Shown here: positions 43,613 through 53,783 of the stretch, in pieces
How positions within the stretch are numbered: the first letter of the stretch is position 1
Layout: each line of letters begins with the position of its first letter
Source of the DNA: Gammaproteobacteria bacterium
GTDB taxonomy: Bacteria; Pseudomonadota; Gammaproteobacteria; Eutrophobiales; Eutrophobiaceae
Direction: 5' to 3'
NCBI GenBank assembly: GCA_965222155.1
Contig: CBDCTH010000012.1
Span: 1,824,001-1,888,000 of the forward strand
Length of the DNA stretch: 64,000 nucleotides
Position numbers and translations under genes: made by a program
The notes under the pieces: generated by a model
The model's database searches: none
Told to the model about the DNA's origin: nothing
The model's input: only the letters and a program-made list of their open reading frames with translations

Positions 43613-45034
43613 TTACTGGATACCGGCATTCGCCGATATGACGGGATACTGATCTAGCTGGGCTATAAATTCACCTTCCCGGTCCAGACAACGCAGGTCC
43701 AGGAAATACGCGCCGTTATTGATCCGGCCGATAACCGGGACAGGCAACCGGCGCAGTGATGCAGCCAGTTCCCGGATAGCCTGGTCTGAATCATCTGCCG
43801 CGTTGATCCTGACGCCGACACTGGGCAACGTTTCAACCGGCAAGGCGCCACTGCCGACCTGGCTGTGACATTCTGTTATCGCCACTTCATAACGCGGCGC
43901 CAATACTTCCGCAATCCGTGGCGCAACCCGCTCAGCCTGGGAGCGTATCTCGGCAATCGGCCGGGTTAAGGCTGCAAGAGTCGGCAGTTTTTTCGCCAGT
44001 TGTGAAGGATTTTGATAGAGTTTCAGCACCTCAGCCAGGGCTGCCAGGGTCATCTTGTCGACGCGCAGGGCGCGTTTCAGCGGATTATTCTTCATCCTGG
44101 TTATCAAATCCCGTTTGCCGGCGATAATACCGCACTGGGGGCCGCCCAACAGCTTGTCTCCACTGAAAGTGACAATATCCGCGCCTCTCTTCACCGTCTG
44201 CGCAACGGTGGGTTCATCGGGCAGGTTGAAAGCGGAAAAGTCGATCAGGTTACCGCTGCCCAAATCGATCACAAAAGCTAAACCGTTCTCATGGGCCAAT
44301 TCCGCCAGGTCCGTTTCGGCAACGCTATGGGTAAACCCCCAGATTTGATAATTACTCGCATGTACCTTCAGCAATAACGCAGTATTGGTGTTTATAGCGT
44401 TTTTGTAGTCTTTCAGGTGGGTGCGATTGGTTGTTCCGACCTCGACCAGGGCGCACCCTGAACTCCGCATGATTTCGGGGATGCGAAAGGATCCGCCAAT
44501 TTCGACCAACTCGCCCCGGGATACGGGTACTTCGGCATGATTCGCCAGCGTGTTCAACACCAGTAATACCGCCGCGGCATTGTTGTTTACCACTGTCGCC
44601 GCCTCTACCCCGCCAAGCTCACAGATCAGGCGCTCCGCGTGAACGTCACGATCACCGCGTTTACCGGTTGGTAAATCGTATTCCAGGTTAGCCGGTGTTT
44701 GTGCTATGGCCAGCACCGCATCCAGTGCTTCACGGGGGAGCGATGCGCGGCCCAGGTTTGTATGTAAAACAGTACCCGTGAGATTGAATACACTGATTAA
44801 ACTGCTATTAGCGGTATTTTCCAATTCAGTTTCAACGGAACAGACGACATGGCTTAAAAATGAAGTCTTATCAACAGGAGTAAACGTTTCCATGTTATTG
44901 CGAATGCGATCAAGCTCATTGCGGATTGCAGTCGTCACACGCTCATGTCCCCAACGTTCAGTAAGATGAGGAGCCTCTCGCAGTACACGATCTACTGACG
45001 GCAAGTCCCTCAGACGCTGCTTGTCACTGCTCAT
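43613..45034 (-). CDS. selA: L-seryl-tRNA(Sec) selenium transferase
   Basis: LPSVD, NLTGTVLHTNLGRA, VNNNAAAV, SRGELVEIGGSFRIP and FSGDKLLGGPQ motifs. Confidence 0.97.
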   Translation of the reverse strand: MSSDKQRLRDLPSVDRVLREAPHLTERWGHERVTTAIRNELDRIRNNMETFTPVDKTSFLSHVVCSVETELENTANSSLISVFNLTGTVLHTNLGRASLPREALDAVLAIAQTPANLEYDLPTGKRGDRDVHAERLICELGGVEAATVVNNNAAAVLLVLNTLANHAEVPVSRGELVEIGGSFRIPEIMRSSGCALVEVGTTNRTHLKDYKNAINTNTALLLKVHASNYQIWGFTHSVAETDLAELAHENGLAFVIDLGSGNLIDFSAFNLPDEPTVAQTVKRGADIVTFSGDKLLGGPQCGIIAGKRDLITRMKNNPLKRALRVDKMTLAALAEVLKLYQNPSQLAKKLPTLAALTRPIAEIRSQAERVAPRIAEVLAPRYEVAITECHSQVGSGALPVETLPSVGVRINAADDSDQAIRELAASLRRLPVPVIGRINNGAYFLDLRCLDREGEFIAQLDQYPVISANAGIQ

Positions 45035-45072
45035 TTCTGAATTAATTCGCTAATGCGACTAATATCTAAAAC

Positions 45073-45146
45073 CAAAGGGGTCAGACTCGATTGATATTAT
45101 AACAATGCAAAGGTGTCTGGAAAATCAATCGAGTCTGACCTCTTTG
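45073..45146. repeat. Long inverted repeat (REP/REPIN-like)
   Basis: CAAAGGGGTCAGACTCGATTGAT ... ATCAATCGAGTCTGACCTCTTTG, 22/23 complementary with a 28-nt loop. Confidence 0.75.
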
Positions 45147-45263
45147 ATTACGGTAATGCGAAGATCGTTGAAGCTCTGAGCGCTGAAAAGTAGCTTTGAA
45201 ACAGTTTCGGTCTATATCCAATTGTTTTCACTTACTGCCTTGCCTGATAAATGCCGACTTGAC

Positions 45264-45319
45264 GCCTAATACTAAATTCAGCGGTGGCGTTAGCCGTCCG
45301 CTGAAGTGTCTTGTTGTGC
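45264..45319 (-). mobile_element. Integron attC site 1
   Basis: Minus strand GCACAAC...TTCAGCGGACGGCTAACGCCACCGCTGAA...ATTAGGC; R' has G>A. Confidence 0.78.
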
Positions 45320-45550
45320 GATGCGGCACTTTTCGTAAACAAACTCAGGATCAAGATCAGCGCCGGATTCCCATGCAATTGCGTCAAAAGAGACATGAAC
45401 AGTTTTGAAGACACTTGGATCTTGTATTTTATTAAAAACCCCAAAATTTAAGTACGGTTTCATATCCAGTAATCCATTCTCTCCATTATCAAAAACTACT
45501 GACAGGATATAATCATCTTCACACTCAACAGATATTACAGCAGGGTGCAT
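45290..45550 (-). CDS. DUF2442 family protein (antitoxin partner)
   Basis: DYILSVVFDNGE...F.TVHV...IAWESGADLDPE pattern. Confidence 0.85.
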   Translation of the reverse strand: MHPAVISVECEDDYILSVVFDNGENGLLDMKPYLNFGVFNKIQDPSVFKTVHVSFDAIAWESGADLDPEFVYEKCRIAQQDTSADG

Positions 45551-45560
45551 CAAATTGTCC

Positions 45561-45827
45561 TCATTGTAGTGGTTGAATCTTAAACGGTTCTTCACCATTC
45601 ATGACAAGTTCCCAATCTGCCATGAGATCTTCCTGGTGGAGCTCTGCCCACGCCAAAACTAACTTGGTTTGCTTTTTTGGCAACTTGCCGTCAATAATCT
45701 CACAAGTGCGAATATCAACCCTTGCCTTATGTTCAGCGTAATAAACATGAAAGTGAGGCAGAGGGTGCTCGCGAGGGGCAAAATACATTCTAATGATGAT
45801 GCCATAAAACATCGATATAGTTGGCAC
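45561..45827 (-). CDS. DUF4160 family protein (toxin partner)
   Basis: MPTISMFYGIIIRMY...EHPLPHFH...LAWAELHQEDL...W motif. Confidence 0.92.
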   Translation of the reverse strand: MPTISMFYGIIIRMYFAPREHPLPHFHVYYAEHKARVDIRTCEIIDGKLPKKQTKLVLAWAELHQEDLMADWELVMNGEEPFKIQPLQ

Positions 45828-45862
45828 TCCGAAATTCCTCGTTTAGTCAATCAGTTTTTTCC

Positions 45863-45919
45863 GCACAACGATTTAACCAGACGCCGCGTTAGCGGGTCGG
45901 CTGAATTTGATTGTTAGCT
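45863..45919 (-). mobile_element. Integron attC site 2
   Basis: Minus strand AGCTAAC...palindromic core...GTTGTGC. Its R' is complementary to the R'' (GCACAAC) ending the next cassette. Confidence 0.85.
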
Positions 45920-45924
45920 TTCTA

Positions 45925-46260
45925 TCACCTATCCGCCTTCTTGAAATCTTCTGTTTTGGGAGGATCAAGCGCAAACCAATCATAATTGAAAACTTGCTCT
46001 CTATCGGAATTTACTTCGTTTAATGTACATAGTCCTTCACCTGGCAATCCAGTTTCTTGTTTAACAACCAGAACTGTAAGAGGAGGAAGACCGTTATCTT
46101 TGCAGTACCACATAATCGGCCCAGGAAACTGTGCCATTACACCCGCGCCTCCCATCCCAAGTATCTCTGCGATTTCGCCATAAGTGTATGACTTGCGCTC
46201 TCTTGCTGCACATACAAGCAACGTCCAGATTTGCAATGATCTTTGATATCTATTCACCAC
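45925..46260 (-). CDS. Cassette-borne hypothetical protein (111 aa, HTH-like N-terminus)
   Basis: Bounded by attC sites; GGAG RBS; TYGEIAEILG and LPPLTVLVV..TGLPGEG motifs. Confidence 0.75.
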   Translation of the reverse strand: MVNRYQRSLQIWTLLVCAARERKSYTYGEIAEILGMGGAGVMAQFPGPIMWYCKDNGLPPLTVLVVKQETGLPGEGLCTLNEVNSDREQVFNYDWFALDPPKTEDFKKADR

Positions 46261-46278
46261 GGTCTCCTTTGTTTGTGT

Positions 46279-46345
46279 AGCTAACGTTGGAATTGAGCTT
46301 GCCTTGGAGCACAGTGGAAGGGTAAGCGGTCAACTCGAATGATAT
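46279..46345 (-). mobile_element. attC site 3 (R'' end degraded)
   Basis: R' GTTAGCT is complementary to the R'' AGCTAAC of attC 2; internal imperfect palindrome present. Confidence 0.65.
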
Positions 46346-46483
46346 CATATGGCCTGATCGAGAATCCACAAGACCACGCTCGACCATACGTACGAACGTA
46401 AGTTCGTGCAGGGTTTCCTTATATGTCGCATCTTCCGGCTGCGACTCGATTACTTCCTTCATTTTCTCTTTCGCTATTGCCAC
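46340..46483 (-). pseudogene. Truncated antitoxin-like cassette gene (toxin partner lost)
   Basis: MAIAKEKMKEVIESQPEDATY...VERGLVDSRSG resembles RelE/ParE-partner antitoxins and runs directly into attC 3. Confidence 0.55.
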
Positions 46484-46504
46484 CGAATCTCTCCTCTACT
46501 TAAG

Positions 46505-46578
46505 GCATAACGCCGCACTTGAGCGATCGAGCTGGAGCGAGGTCCGAGCGCCGAAGGAGCGATCTCAAAGTGGGTAAC
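46505..46578 (-). mobile_element. attC site 4 (partial)
   Basis: Minus strand CACTTTGAGATCGCTCC...GATCGCTCAAGTGCGGC-GTTATGC; the R'' side abuts the repeat array. Confidence 0.6.
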
Positions 46579-46768
46579 AAATTGAGGACATCCATAAATT
46601 GGGGACAAATTCGGGACATCCATAAATTCGAGCGAGCAAATTTGGGACATCCATAAATTAGAGGAAGCAAATTTGGCAAATTCGGGACATCCATAAATTA
46701 GAGGAAGCAAATTTGGGACATCCAAGAGGAGGACAAATTCAGGGAGACAAATTCAGGACATCCATAAG
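46579..46768. repeat. Irregular tandem array of AAATT(N)GGACATCCAT units
   Basis: GGACATCC at 46586, 46614, 46645, 46685, 46716 and 46756, with a lone copy at 47019. Confidence 0.88.
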
Positions 46769-47114
46769 TAACCGATTTATCACATTATGACGATGGGTTC
46801 GTGAGTTCGTTGGGGGCGGCATCAAAGAGGAGACCGTTGTGCGGTTGGTCCGCCGCAACGATACAGACTCCGATGTTTTTTACACCAAAACAAGTAATTC
46901 ATTAACGAACTGCTCTGGTGCGGACGTCAGGTGACACCTCATCGGGCAGGAGGAAGGCGGCTACGTATCCCAGCATTTTAATCTTGTATATAATGTCATG
47001 TACTTTCAACATGAATCAGGACATCCAAATTCTCACCCCTCGCTGACTACCTGGAACAAATTAGAGAGTAAACCCTGCCACCCCACCCTTTATTATTTTT
47101 TGACATCTGCCTCA

Positions 47115-50100
47115 ATGCCCGAACCAGCCACTTTCTCCGACGTCTACGAGGCGCTTTCGCCTGTTGCACAGCTTGTCGCCCAAGTCTACGGCGTCGTGTA
47201 TCCACACGAGTTCACGACGGCGCGGGTTGCGGCAATGCTGGCTTTCGCCGGGATCGATCTTGGCAGGCGTCATATTCCGAATACCCGAACCAAGACAGCA
47301 GGTGATGAGCTTCTGAAAGCGGGCCTCGTATACTCTCCCGGACAGCAGCAGGAGATCAAGGCCATGAGCGCCTGGGCGCCGCGGCTCACGCTCGAGGCTT
47401 TCCGTCACCACAGGCTCGATAAGATGATAGCCGCTTTCGAGCGCGAGCGCCCGTATTCCCGATACTACTACAACGATCCCGACCAGGACGCGATGCGGTT
47501 GCGCTGCCATACCGTCGCAGGCCGTTTCAAGGAGATTGATAAACAACGCATCGGTATTTCCGTAGACGAGTGGCGCTTCCTGGCCGAGCCCGGCGCCGCC
47601 GAACTGTTGCCGAAACTGCCCGAGAAGTACCTGACCCCGGCGCTTACCGCCTGTCTTGCCCACGTCATCGAGACGGCCGCGCCATCGGTTCCGATCATAG
47701 CTGCCTGCCGGGCGTTGGCCCCGGATATATCCTTACACCTTGCCGACCTCGCGTTCATCCATATCCTGCAGGGCAGCTTGGACGCGGCCCTGGCGCTTTT
47801 CGACGACGGCCGGGCGAAGACCCGCGACAGCAAACGGATAAGAACCGAGCGCGCCGCCACCGGCGCACTCATCGCGACGTTGCGCGGCGATGACGATGAA
47901 GCAATCCGCCTCATCGAATCGGCCATTGCCGAGGAGAAGGCAGGAACGCGCAAACGCAGCGTGTTTCCAACAGCGCGGGCCTTTGTCCTGTCCTTGTTGT
48001 CCCTGGTGCGAAACGACACGCCCGCAAATATCGCAATGCTCGAGCAACTTCTCCGCACCGGTATTCGACAGAACGTCCACCCACGCATGACCAAGCTCGT
48101 CGCAGGCGTTGCGGGATTTCAATACGAGCAACAGTACGGCACGCCAACGCCTGAGCGAGTATCGATTTACTCGCTCCTGGACGGGTTCGCGTGCTGCTGG
48201 GCTGACGAACTCCAACTGTTGTTCTACCGCGGCGGCTCGCGTAATATTCTGTCCAGCCTCATGCGCCGCGCCACCGCCAATGGGTTCGACTGGGTCGCAG
48301 CAGAGTGCCTCGAGGTCATCCATCGGGCTGAGTCCGACAAGCGCAAGCCTGACAAACGCACCGAAACACTGGCTAAGCAAGCTGCCGACATACACGCCAG
48401 ACTCGGCACAGTGACGCTGGCCTCTCTAGTCAAGCCCTTGCCCGAGTGGGAATATTCTCTCAAGGAGATCGAGCGGTTCGCGTTCGAGACCAGGAACAGG
48501 AAAAAGCCGGTACGGGGGGATACTGCGCCAGGCCGTCAACGCCGGCTGGTGTGGGATCTCAACGCCGACGATCTCAACGACATCTGGGTTACACCGCGCG
48601 AGCAGCGCGCCAATAAGAACGGCACGTGGAGCAAGGGCCGTCCGGTGGCCCTGAAGCGGCTGGCCTCAGGGTTGGGCGAGATGGATTTCCTGCTGGAGCA
48701 GGACCGTGCGGCGGCGGCGAAGATCAGACAGAATAATTATGGCCGGCGCAGTTACCAGGAATTCTATCTGCCTTTAGCTGGCCTGTACGCGTTGGCCGGT
48801 CATCCCTATGTCTTCAACGCTAAAGGCGAGTTGGTCGACGTCGTTCGACGTGAGCCGGAGTTGCTGGTAGATGAAGACGCCAACGGCATGATGGTGGCGC
48901 GTGTTGAACCCCATGGTCTGGACGCTGACGAATCGAACTGTCAGGCCCGGATGGGCGGCAATAACCGCTGCGAAGTGACCCGGTTCACACCCGACCATAA
49001 ACGATTGTTCAACATCATCCCCCCGGAGGGACTCGAACTACCGATGGCGGCCAAGACGCGCCTGCTGGAAGCGGTTTCTGACCTTGCCGCCGAAATACGA
49101 GTGCAAGGCGTCATAGGCGAAACCACGGGGGTGGTAAACCAGATTGAAGCGGACCCGCAACCGTGGGTGAAACTCGAGCCGAAGGCAGCGGGGTTGGCCG
49201 TGGAGCTGGTAGTCGAACCGGCGCCGGGAACCGGGGCCTACTTCGAACCAGGCACCGGCGGAACCACGGTTTTCACCAATCGGAACGGTGAAGCGGTACA
49301 GGCCAGACGCGACCTTAAGGCTGAGCGCGCGGCTGTCGAAAGGCTGGCTTCCGTCTGCCCGATGTTGGGCGCGCTAGGCGCTGGACGACAATCGCTGGCT
49401 TTGCCCGCCCCCGCGGATTGTCTTGAACTGCTGGAACAGGTCGACGCTGCCGGGGCTCGTTGCCTGTGGCCCAATGGTGAACCGTTCAAGATCGTCGTCC
49501 GCGCCGAAACAGCAGCGCTCAGACTGTCGATAAAATCTGCTGCCGACTGGTTCCGCGCCTCCGGTGAACTCGAGATCGACGAGCAGCGGGCACTTGATCT
49601 CCGGCAGCTTTTCGCGCTGATGGATAAGAGTCCGGGGTCGCGCTTCCTGGAGCTGGACAGTGGTGAGTTCGTCGCGTTGACCGTGGCCTTCCGCCGCCAG
49701 CTTGACGACTTGCGCAGCTTGTCGGCGCCAGCCGGACAGGGTTCGATTCGGCTGCACCCCCTGGCGACCCTGGCACTGCAGGACTTCGTCGAGGAAACCC
49801 AGCTTAAGGCTGGCGCGGCCTGGCACAACCAATGCGACAAGCTGCGGGATGCGCAGGCATTTCAACCGGAGACGCCCAGCACCCTGCAGGCAGATCTGCG
49901 TCCGTATCAACTGGAAGGCTTTTACTGGCTTGCTCGACTCAGCCATTGGGGCGCCGGCGCCTGTCTCGCGGACGACATGGGACTCGGCAAGACCGTGCAG
50001 GCCCTCGCACTGCTGCTGCGCCGCGCCCCGGACGGTCCCGCGCTCGTGGTCGCACCGACCTCAGTCGTTGCCAACTGGACCGATGAGGCGCGCCGTTTTG

Positions 50101-51287
50101 CCCCGACGTTGAAGGTCACACCCTACACCGGCGCTGCTGCTACCCGCGCCAAGCTGTTGAAGACCCTCGGCCCCTTCGACGTGATAATCACCACCTACGG
50201 CGTCTTGCAGGTCGACACCGACAGACTGGCCGAGGTAGAGTGGCACAGCGCCGTACTTGATGAGGCCCAGGCAATCAAAAATCCGACAACCCAACGCGCC
50301 CGGGCGACGCGAATGCTCAATGCACGCTTCCGGCTCGTCACCACCGGCACGCCGATCCAGAATAACCTGATGGATCTGTACTCGCTGTTCGGCTTCATCA
50401 ATCCGGGGATGCTGGGTTCGATGGAGCAGTACCGGCGCAACTTCGCCCTGCCCATCGAAAGAGACGCCGATGCCGATGCGCGGGCGCGCCTGCGCCGCCT
50501 GATCGCGCCGTTCGTGCTGCGGCGGCTGAAGACCCAGGTCCTGGATGATCTGCCGCCCCGCACCGAGATCATCCTGCACGTCGAGATGTCGCCGGCCGAG
50601 GCGGCGTTCTACGAGGCGCTTCGGCAGCGGGCCGTTGAGGATCTCGAGACCCTGGCCGATGACAAAGTCGGCGACGGCAAGCACAGGTTGCAGATACTGG
50701 CTCACCTGACGCGGCTGCGGCTCGCCTGCTGCAACCCCAGGCTGGTGCAGAAAACCGGTGCCCCGGCAAGCGCTAAGCTGGAGGCGTTCGCCGAGACCTT
50801 GGACGAATTGCTTGCCAACCAGCACAAGGTGCTGGTCTTCTCCCAATTCGTCATGCATCTGAAGCTGATTGAAGATTACCTGGGCAAGACCGGCATAGCC
50901 TACCAGTACCTGGACGGCAGCACGCCCGCCAAAGCGCGCGCGGAGCGCATCACCGCATTCCAGGCAGGCCAGGGAGACGTGTTCCTGATCTCACTGAAAG
51001 CGGGCGGCATCGGCCTGAACCTGACCGCGGCCGACTACGTGATCCACATGGACCCATGGTGGAATCCGGCCGCGGAAGACCAGGCCTCCGACCGCGCCCA
51101 TCGGATTGGCCAGACACGCCCGGTAACCATCTATCGGCTGGTCACGAAAGGCACCATCGAGGAGCAGATCGTCGATCTGCACCACCACAAGCGCGACCTC
51201 GCCGACCGTCTACTGGAGGGCGCGGACGCGCCGGCGCGGCTGAACACCGATGAATTGCTGAACTTGCTGCGCCAGCCGCTGGCATAA
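47115..51287 (+). CDS. SNF2-family (DEAD/DEAH) helicase-like ATPase
   Basis: LRPYQ.EG, LADDMGLGKT, LDEAQAIKN, TGTPIQN, VLVFSQF, SLKAGGIGLNL and DRAHRIGQ motifs. Confidence 0.95.
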   Translation: MPEPATFSDVYEALSPVAQLVAQVYGVVYPHEFTTARVAAMLAFAGIDLGRRHIPNTRTKTAGDELLKAGLVYSPGQQQEIKAMSAWAPRLTLEAFRHHRLDKMIAAFERERPYSRYYYNDPDQDAMRLRCHTVAGRFKEIDKQRIGISVDEWRFLAEPGAAELLPKLPEKYLTPALTACLAHVIETAAPSVPIIAACRALAPDISLHLADLAFIHILQGSLDAALALFDDGRAKTRDSKRIRTERAATGALIATLRGDDDEAIRLIESAIAEEKAGTRKRSVFPTARAFVLSLLSLVRNDTPANIAMLEQLLRTGIRQNVHPRMTKLVAGVAGFQYEQQYGTPTPERVSIYSLLDGFACCWADELQLLFYRGGSRNILSSLMRRATANGFDWVAAECLEVIHRAESDKRKPDKRTETLAKQAADIHARLGTVTLASLVKPLPEWEYSLKEIERFAFETRNRKKPVRGDTAPGRQRRLVWDLNADDLNDIWVTPREQRANKNGTWSKGRPVALKRLASGLGEMDFLLEQDRAAAAKIRQNNYGRRSYQEFYLPLAGLYALAGHPYVFNAKGELVDVVRREPELLVDEDANGMMVARVEPHGLDADESNCQARMGGNNRCEVTRFTPDHKRLFNIIPPEGLELPMAAKTRLLEAVSDLAAEIRVQGVIGETTGVVNQIEADPQPWVKLEPKAAGLAVELVVEPAPGTGAYFEPGTGGTTVFTNRNGEAVQARRDLKAERAAVERLASVCPMLGALGAGRQSLALPAPADCLELLEQVDAAGARCLWPNGEPFKIVVRAETAALRLSIKSAADWFRASGELEIDEQRALDLRQLFALMDKSPGSRFLELDSGEFVALTVAFRRQLDDLRSLSAPAGQGSIRLHPLATLALQDFVEETQLKAGAAWHNQCDKLRDAQAFQPETPSTLQADLRPYQLEGFYWLARLSHWGAGACLADDMGLGKTVQALALLLRRAPDGPALVVAPTSVVANWTDEARRFAPTLKVTPYTGAAATRAKLLKTLGPFDVIITTYGVLQVDTDRLAEVEWHSAVLDEAQAIKNPTTQRARATRMLNARFRLVTTGTPIQNNLMDLYSLFGFINPGMLGSMEQYRRNFALPIERDADADARARLRRLIAPFVLRRLKTQVLDDLPPRTEIILHVEMSPAEAAFYEALRQRAVEDLETLADDKVGDGKHRLQILAHLTRLRLACCNPRLVQKTGAPASAKLEAFAETLDELLANQHKVLVFSQFVMHLKLIEDYLGKTGIAYQYLDGSTPAKARAERITAFQAGQGDVFLISLKAGGIGLNLTAADYVIHMDPWWNPAAEDQASDRAHRIGQTRPVTIYRLVTKGTIEEQIVDLHHHKRDLADRLLEGADAPARLNTDELLNLLRQPLA

Positions 51288-51488
51288 GCGCTCGACAGTA
51301 ATTATCGATAGCGTCATGGCATTGCGTGACCCTGCTCTCAATACCCCTGCACAGCACCAGGATGCTGTCGCAAAGCAGGAGCCAAGGGGTTTGGGGTCAG
51401 AGTATGCCCGAATCCGACAAAAATCACTATATTGACCTCGATTTAGCGGGAGCACCTGCGTTTGTATCAGCAAAGTGAGAGATGTGGA

Positions 51489-52801
51489 TTAAAGCGCGCA
51501 GGTCCTGAAACCCGCCATCACATCGCGCCGGTCCGGAGGGAAAAAATTACGGTACCGGCCTGTTACCATACGGCTTCGAGTTGCCCAGGCCCCGCCTTTT
51601 AATACCTTGGTGTCATAAAACAGCGGCTCTGAATATTCCTTGTAGGCATCCGCTGAAAATCCGGGAAACGGGGCAAACGTATCCGCTGTCCATTCCCATA
51701 CGTTGCCAAGCATCTGCCGGCAGGCAAACGCGCTGTCTCCCGCAGGCAACGCGGCCACATCAACACACCCCAGTGCGCGGCCATCAAGATTCGCCTGCCG
51801 TATCTCCGGCGCTTGTTCCCCCCAGGGGTAGGTGCGTTTTATCAGGGCAAGCACACTGTTGTCTTTTCAGGTTCACCCAATGCGGCGGCTTCCCACTCCA
51901 CTTCCGTCGGCAAGCGCCTGCCTGCCCAACGGCAATAAGCATTGGCTTCATACCAGTTCACATGAATGACAGGTTGATGCAGCGGCATAGCCTCGATCTC
52001 ATTAAAACGCCTCAGCCGCCATTCCCCCCGGTCACCGGTGAGCCAATATACAGGATGTCCGGCATGGGTTTGCTCCCGCCAGGACCAGCCTTCATCACTC
52101 CAGAACTCCCGGTGCCGATACCCCCCCGCATTGACGAAATCCATGAACTCGGCATTGGTGACCGGCGCTTTTGCCATGTGAAAGGGTTCAACAATTACTT
52201 TGTGCGCCCATTTTTCATTATCGAAGACAAACGGCGTTTCTTCAGTGGACCCTGGAAAAAACACCCCTCCCGGAATGGCTGCATCCCCCGGCCAGGCCCC
52301 GGCATCTGCATCTTCCGGGCTGAGAGCATTACCGAATGAGGGCTTTGGATAAGCCAATGTCTGACGCGACCAGGAATAAGCCTCGGTGTGCATGTCTTCA
52401 TGAAAGGTGGAAAACTGGTACAGGTAGCTTTGCGCCGGATCGGCCGTTCCGTCAGGTAACAGTGACAGGCAGTCGTGCAGGACATTCTCCGTATAATCCA
52501 GCGTCTCCTGCAAACTCAACAGTGGCAGGTCCCAACGCTGTTCGTGATGGATGGCGATGGAATCATAGATAGCGTCACCGTTTGCCAGTAGCGGGGGCCG
52601 ACCATACAGGTCGCGCAGGATGAACTTTTCATGAAACCAGGCCACGTGCCCGATTTCCCAGCGTAACGGATTGACGATGGGCAACTTCGGCCCTATCAGT
52701 TGCTCCTCATCCAGACCGGTGACCAGTTCCAGAGTCCTGTTATGGGCATCCGTCATGATTTCCTTCAAATAATTACTGCTTACCGGTTGCATCGTGACCA
52801 T
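51489..52801 (-). CDS. senA: Selenoneine synthase SenA (EgtB-like DinB + FGE-sulfatase domains); 1-nt frameshift at A-run ~51865
   Basis: NPLRWEIGHVAWF, FHEDMHTEA, FDNEKWAH, RLPTEVEWE | KRTYPWG, GNVWEW, YRNFF and GFRTC motifs; next to senB and selD. Confidence 0.85.
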
Positions 52802-52820
52802 AGTTACTTAAAGTATAAGT

Positions 52821-53771
52821 ATGAAGATTATCCTAATTACCCCCGGAAAAAAACAATCGAAAACGGGAAATCGTACTACGGCGGTACGCTGGGCGCGATT
52901 GTTACGGGATATCGGCCACAGGGTAATAGTTCAGACCGACTGGGACGGGACGCCGGCCGATATGATGGTGGCGTTACATGCGTGGCGCAGCGCGTCATCG
53001 ATAGAGAGATTTTTCCAGCGCTTCCCCGGCCGCCCCCTGGTGGTTGCCTTGACCGGCACGGACATCTACCACTTCCAGCACAGCCATCCTGAGGAAACCC
53101 TGCGCTCCATGGAAATGGCCGACGCCCTGGTATGTCTGCATGACCTGGTATACCGGGCGATCCCGGAAACATACCGTGAGAAACTGCGTGTAATCCATCA
53201 ATCGGCAGTACCGCTGAAACGCGAACGCAGGCCGTCAGTGCGCACATTCGATGCCTGTGTAATAGGTCATTTACGCGAGGAGAAAGACCCGTTCAGAGCC
53301 GCCTGCGCTGCCCGAATCCTGCAGGAAGAGTCCAATCTCCGTGTGATCCATCTCGGCAAGGCACATGATAGTGAATGGGCCGAACAGGCGCGCACCGAGA
53401 TGGAGATAAATCCCCGTTATCACTGGCTTGGCGAGGTTGGCGCGTGGCGGGTACGACGGGAATTTGTAAAGACACATGTGCTGGTGCATAGCTCGATCAT
53501 GGAAGGCGGCGCTAACGTCATTTCAGAAGCCGTGATCGCGGGTGTTCCTGTCATTGCCTCTGATATCGATGGTAATGTCGGTCTGCTCGGCGAGGATTAT
53601 CCCGGTTATTATCCCGTAAAAGACACCAGAGCGCTTTGCGCATTGTTACAGCGAGCGGAAACAGAGCAAAGCTTCCTGCGACGTTTGCACGAGCATGGAA
53701 ATGAACGCAAACAATTGTTTACCCCGGAACGGGAGATCGAGCTCTGGAAAATGTTGTTGGATAGCCTGTGA
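52821..53771 (+). CDS. senB: Selenosugar synthase SenB (glycosyltransferase)
   Basis: GNRTTAVRW, ALHAWRSA, LTGTDIY, GHLREEKDP and SIMEGGANVISEA motifs. Confidence 0.92.
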   Translation: MKIILITPGKKQSKTGNRTTAVRWARLLRDIGHRVIVQTDWDGTPADMMVALHAWRSASSIERFFQRFPGRPLVVALTGTDIYHFQHSHPEETLRSMEMADALVCLHDLVYRAIPETYREKLRVIHQSAVPLKRERRPSVRTFDACVIGHLREEKDPFRAACAARILQEESNLRVIHLGKAHDSEWAEQARTEMEINPRYHWLGEVGAWRVRREFVKTHVLVHSSIMEGGANVISEAVIAGVPVIASDIDGNVGLLGEDYPGYYPVKDTRALCALLQRAETEQSFLRRLHEHGNERKQLFTPEREIELWKMLLDSL

Positions 53772-53783
53772 TAATGACGATGA

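Noticed and set aside
45035-45263. tRNA-Sec (selC) expected near selA
   Set aside because: No cloverleaf with a TCA anticodon is seen; the stem-loop here is a REP-like inverted repeat.
46474-46725. ORFs with MDVPNL peptide repeats, and the array as a possible CRISPR
   Set aside because: These are translations of the non-coding GGACATCCAT array and attC 4. The repeat core is short, the fillers are not unique spacers and no cas genes are present.
51489-51854. FGE-sulfatase C-terminus as a diversity-generating retroelement target, or a programmed frameshift in senA
   Set aside because: No reverse transcriptase or template repeat is seen. The shift is one base in an A-run and is most simply a sequencing error.
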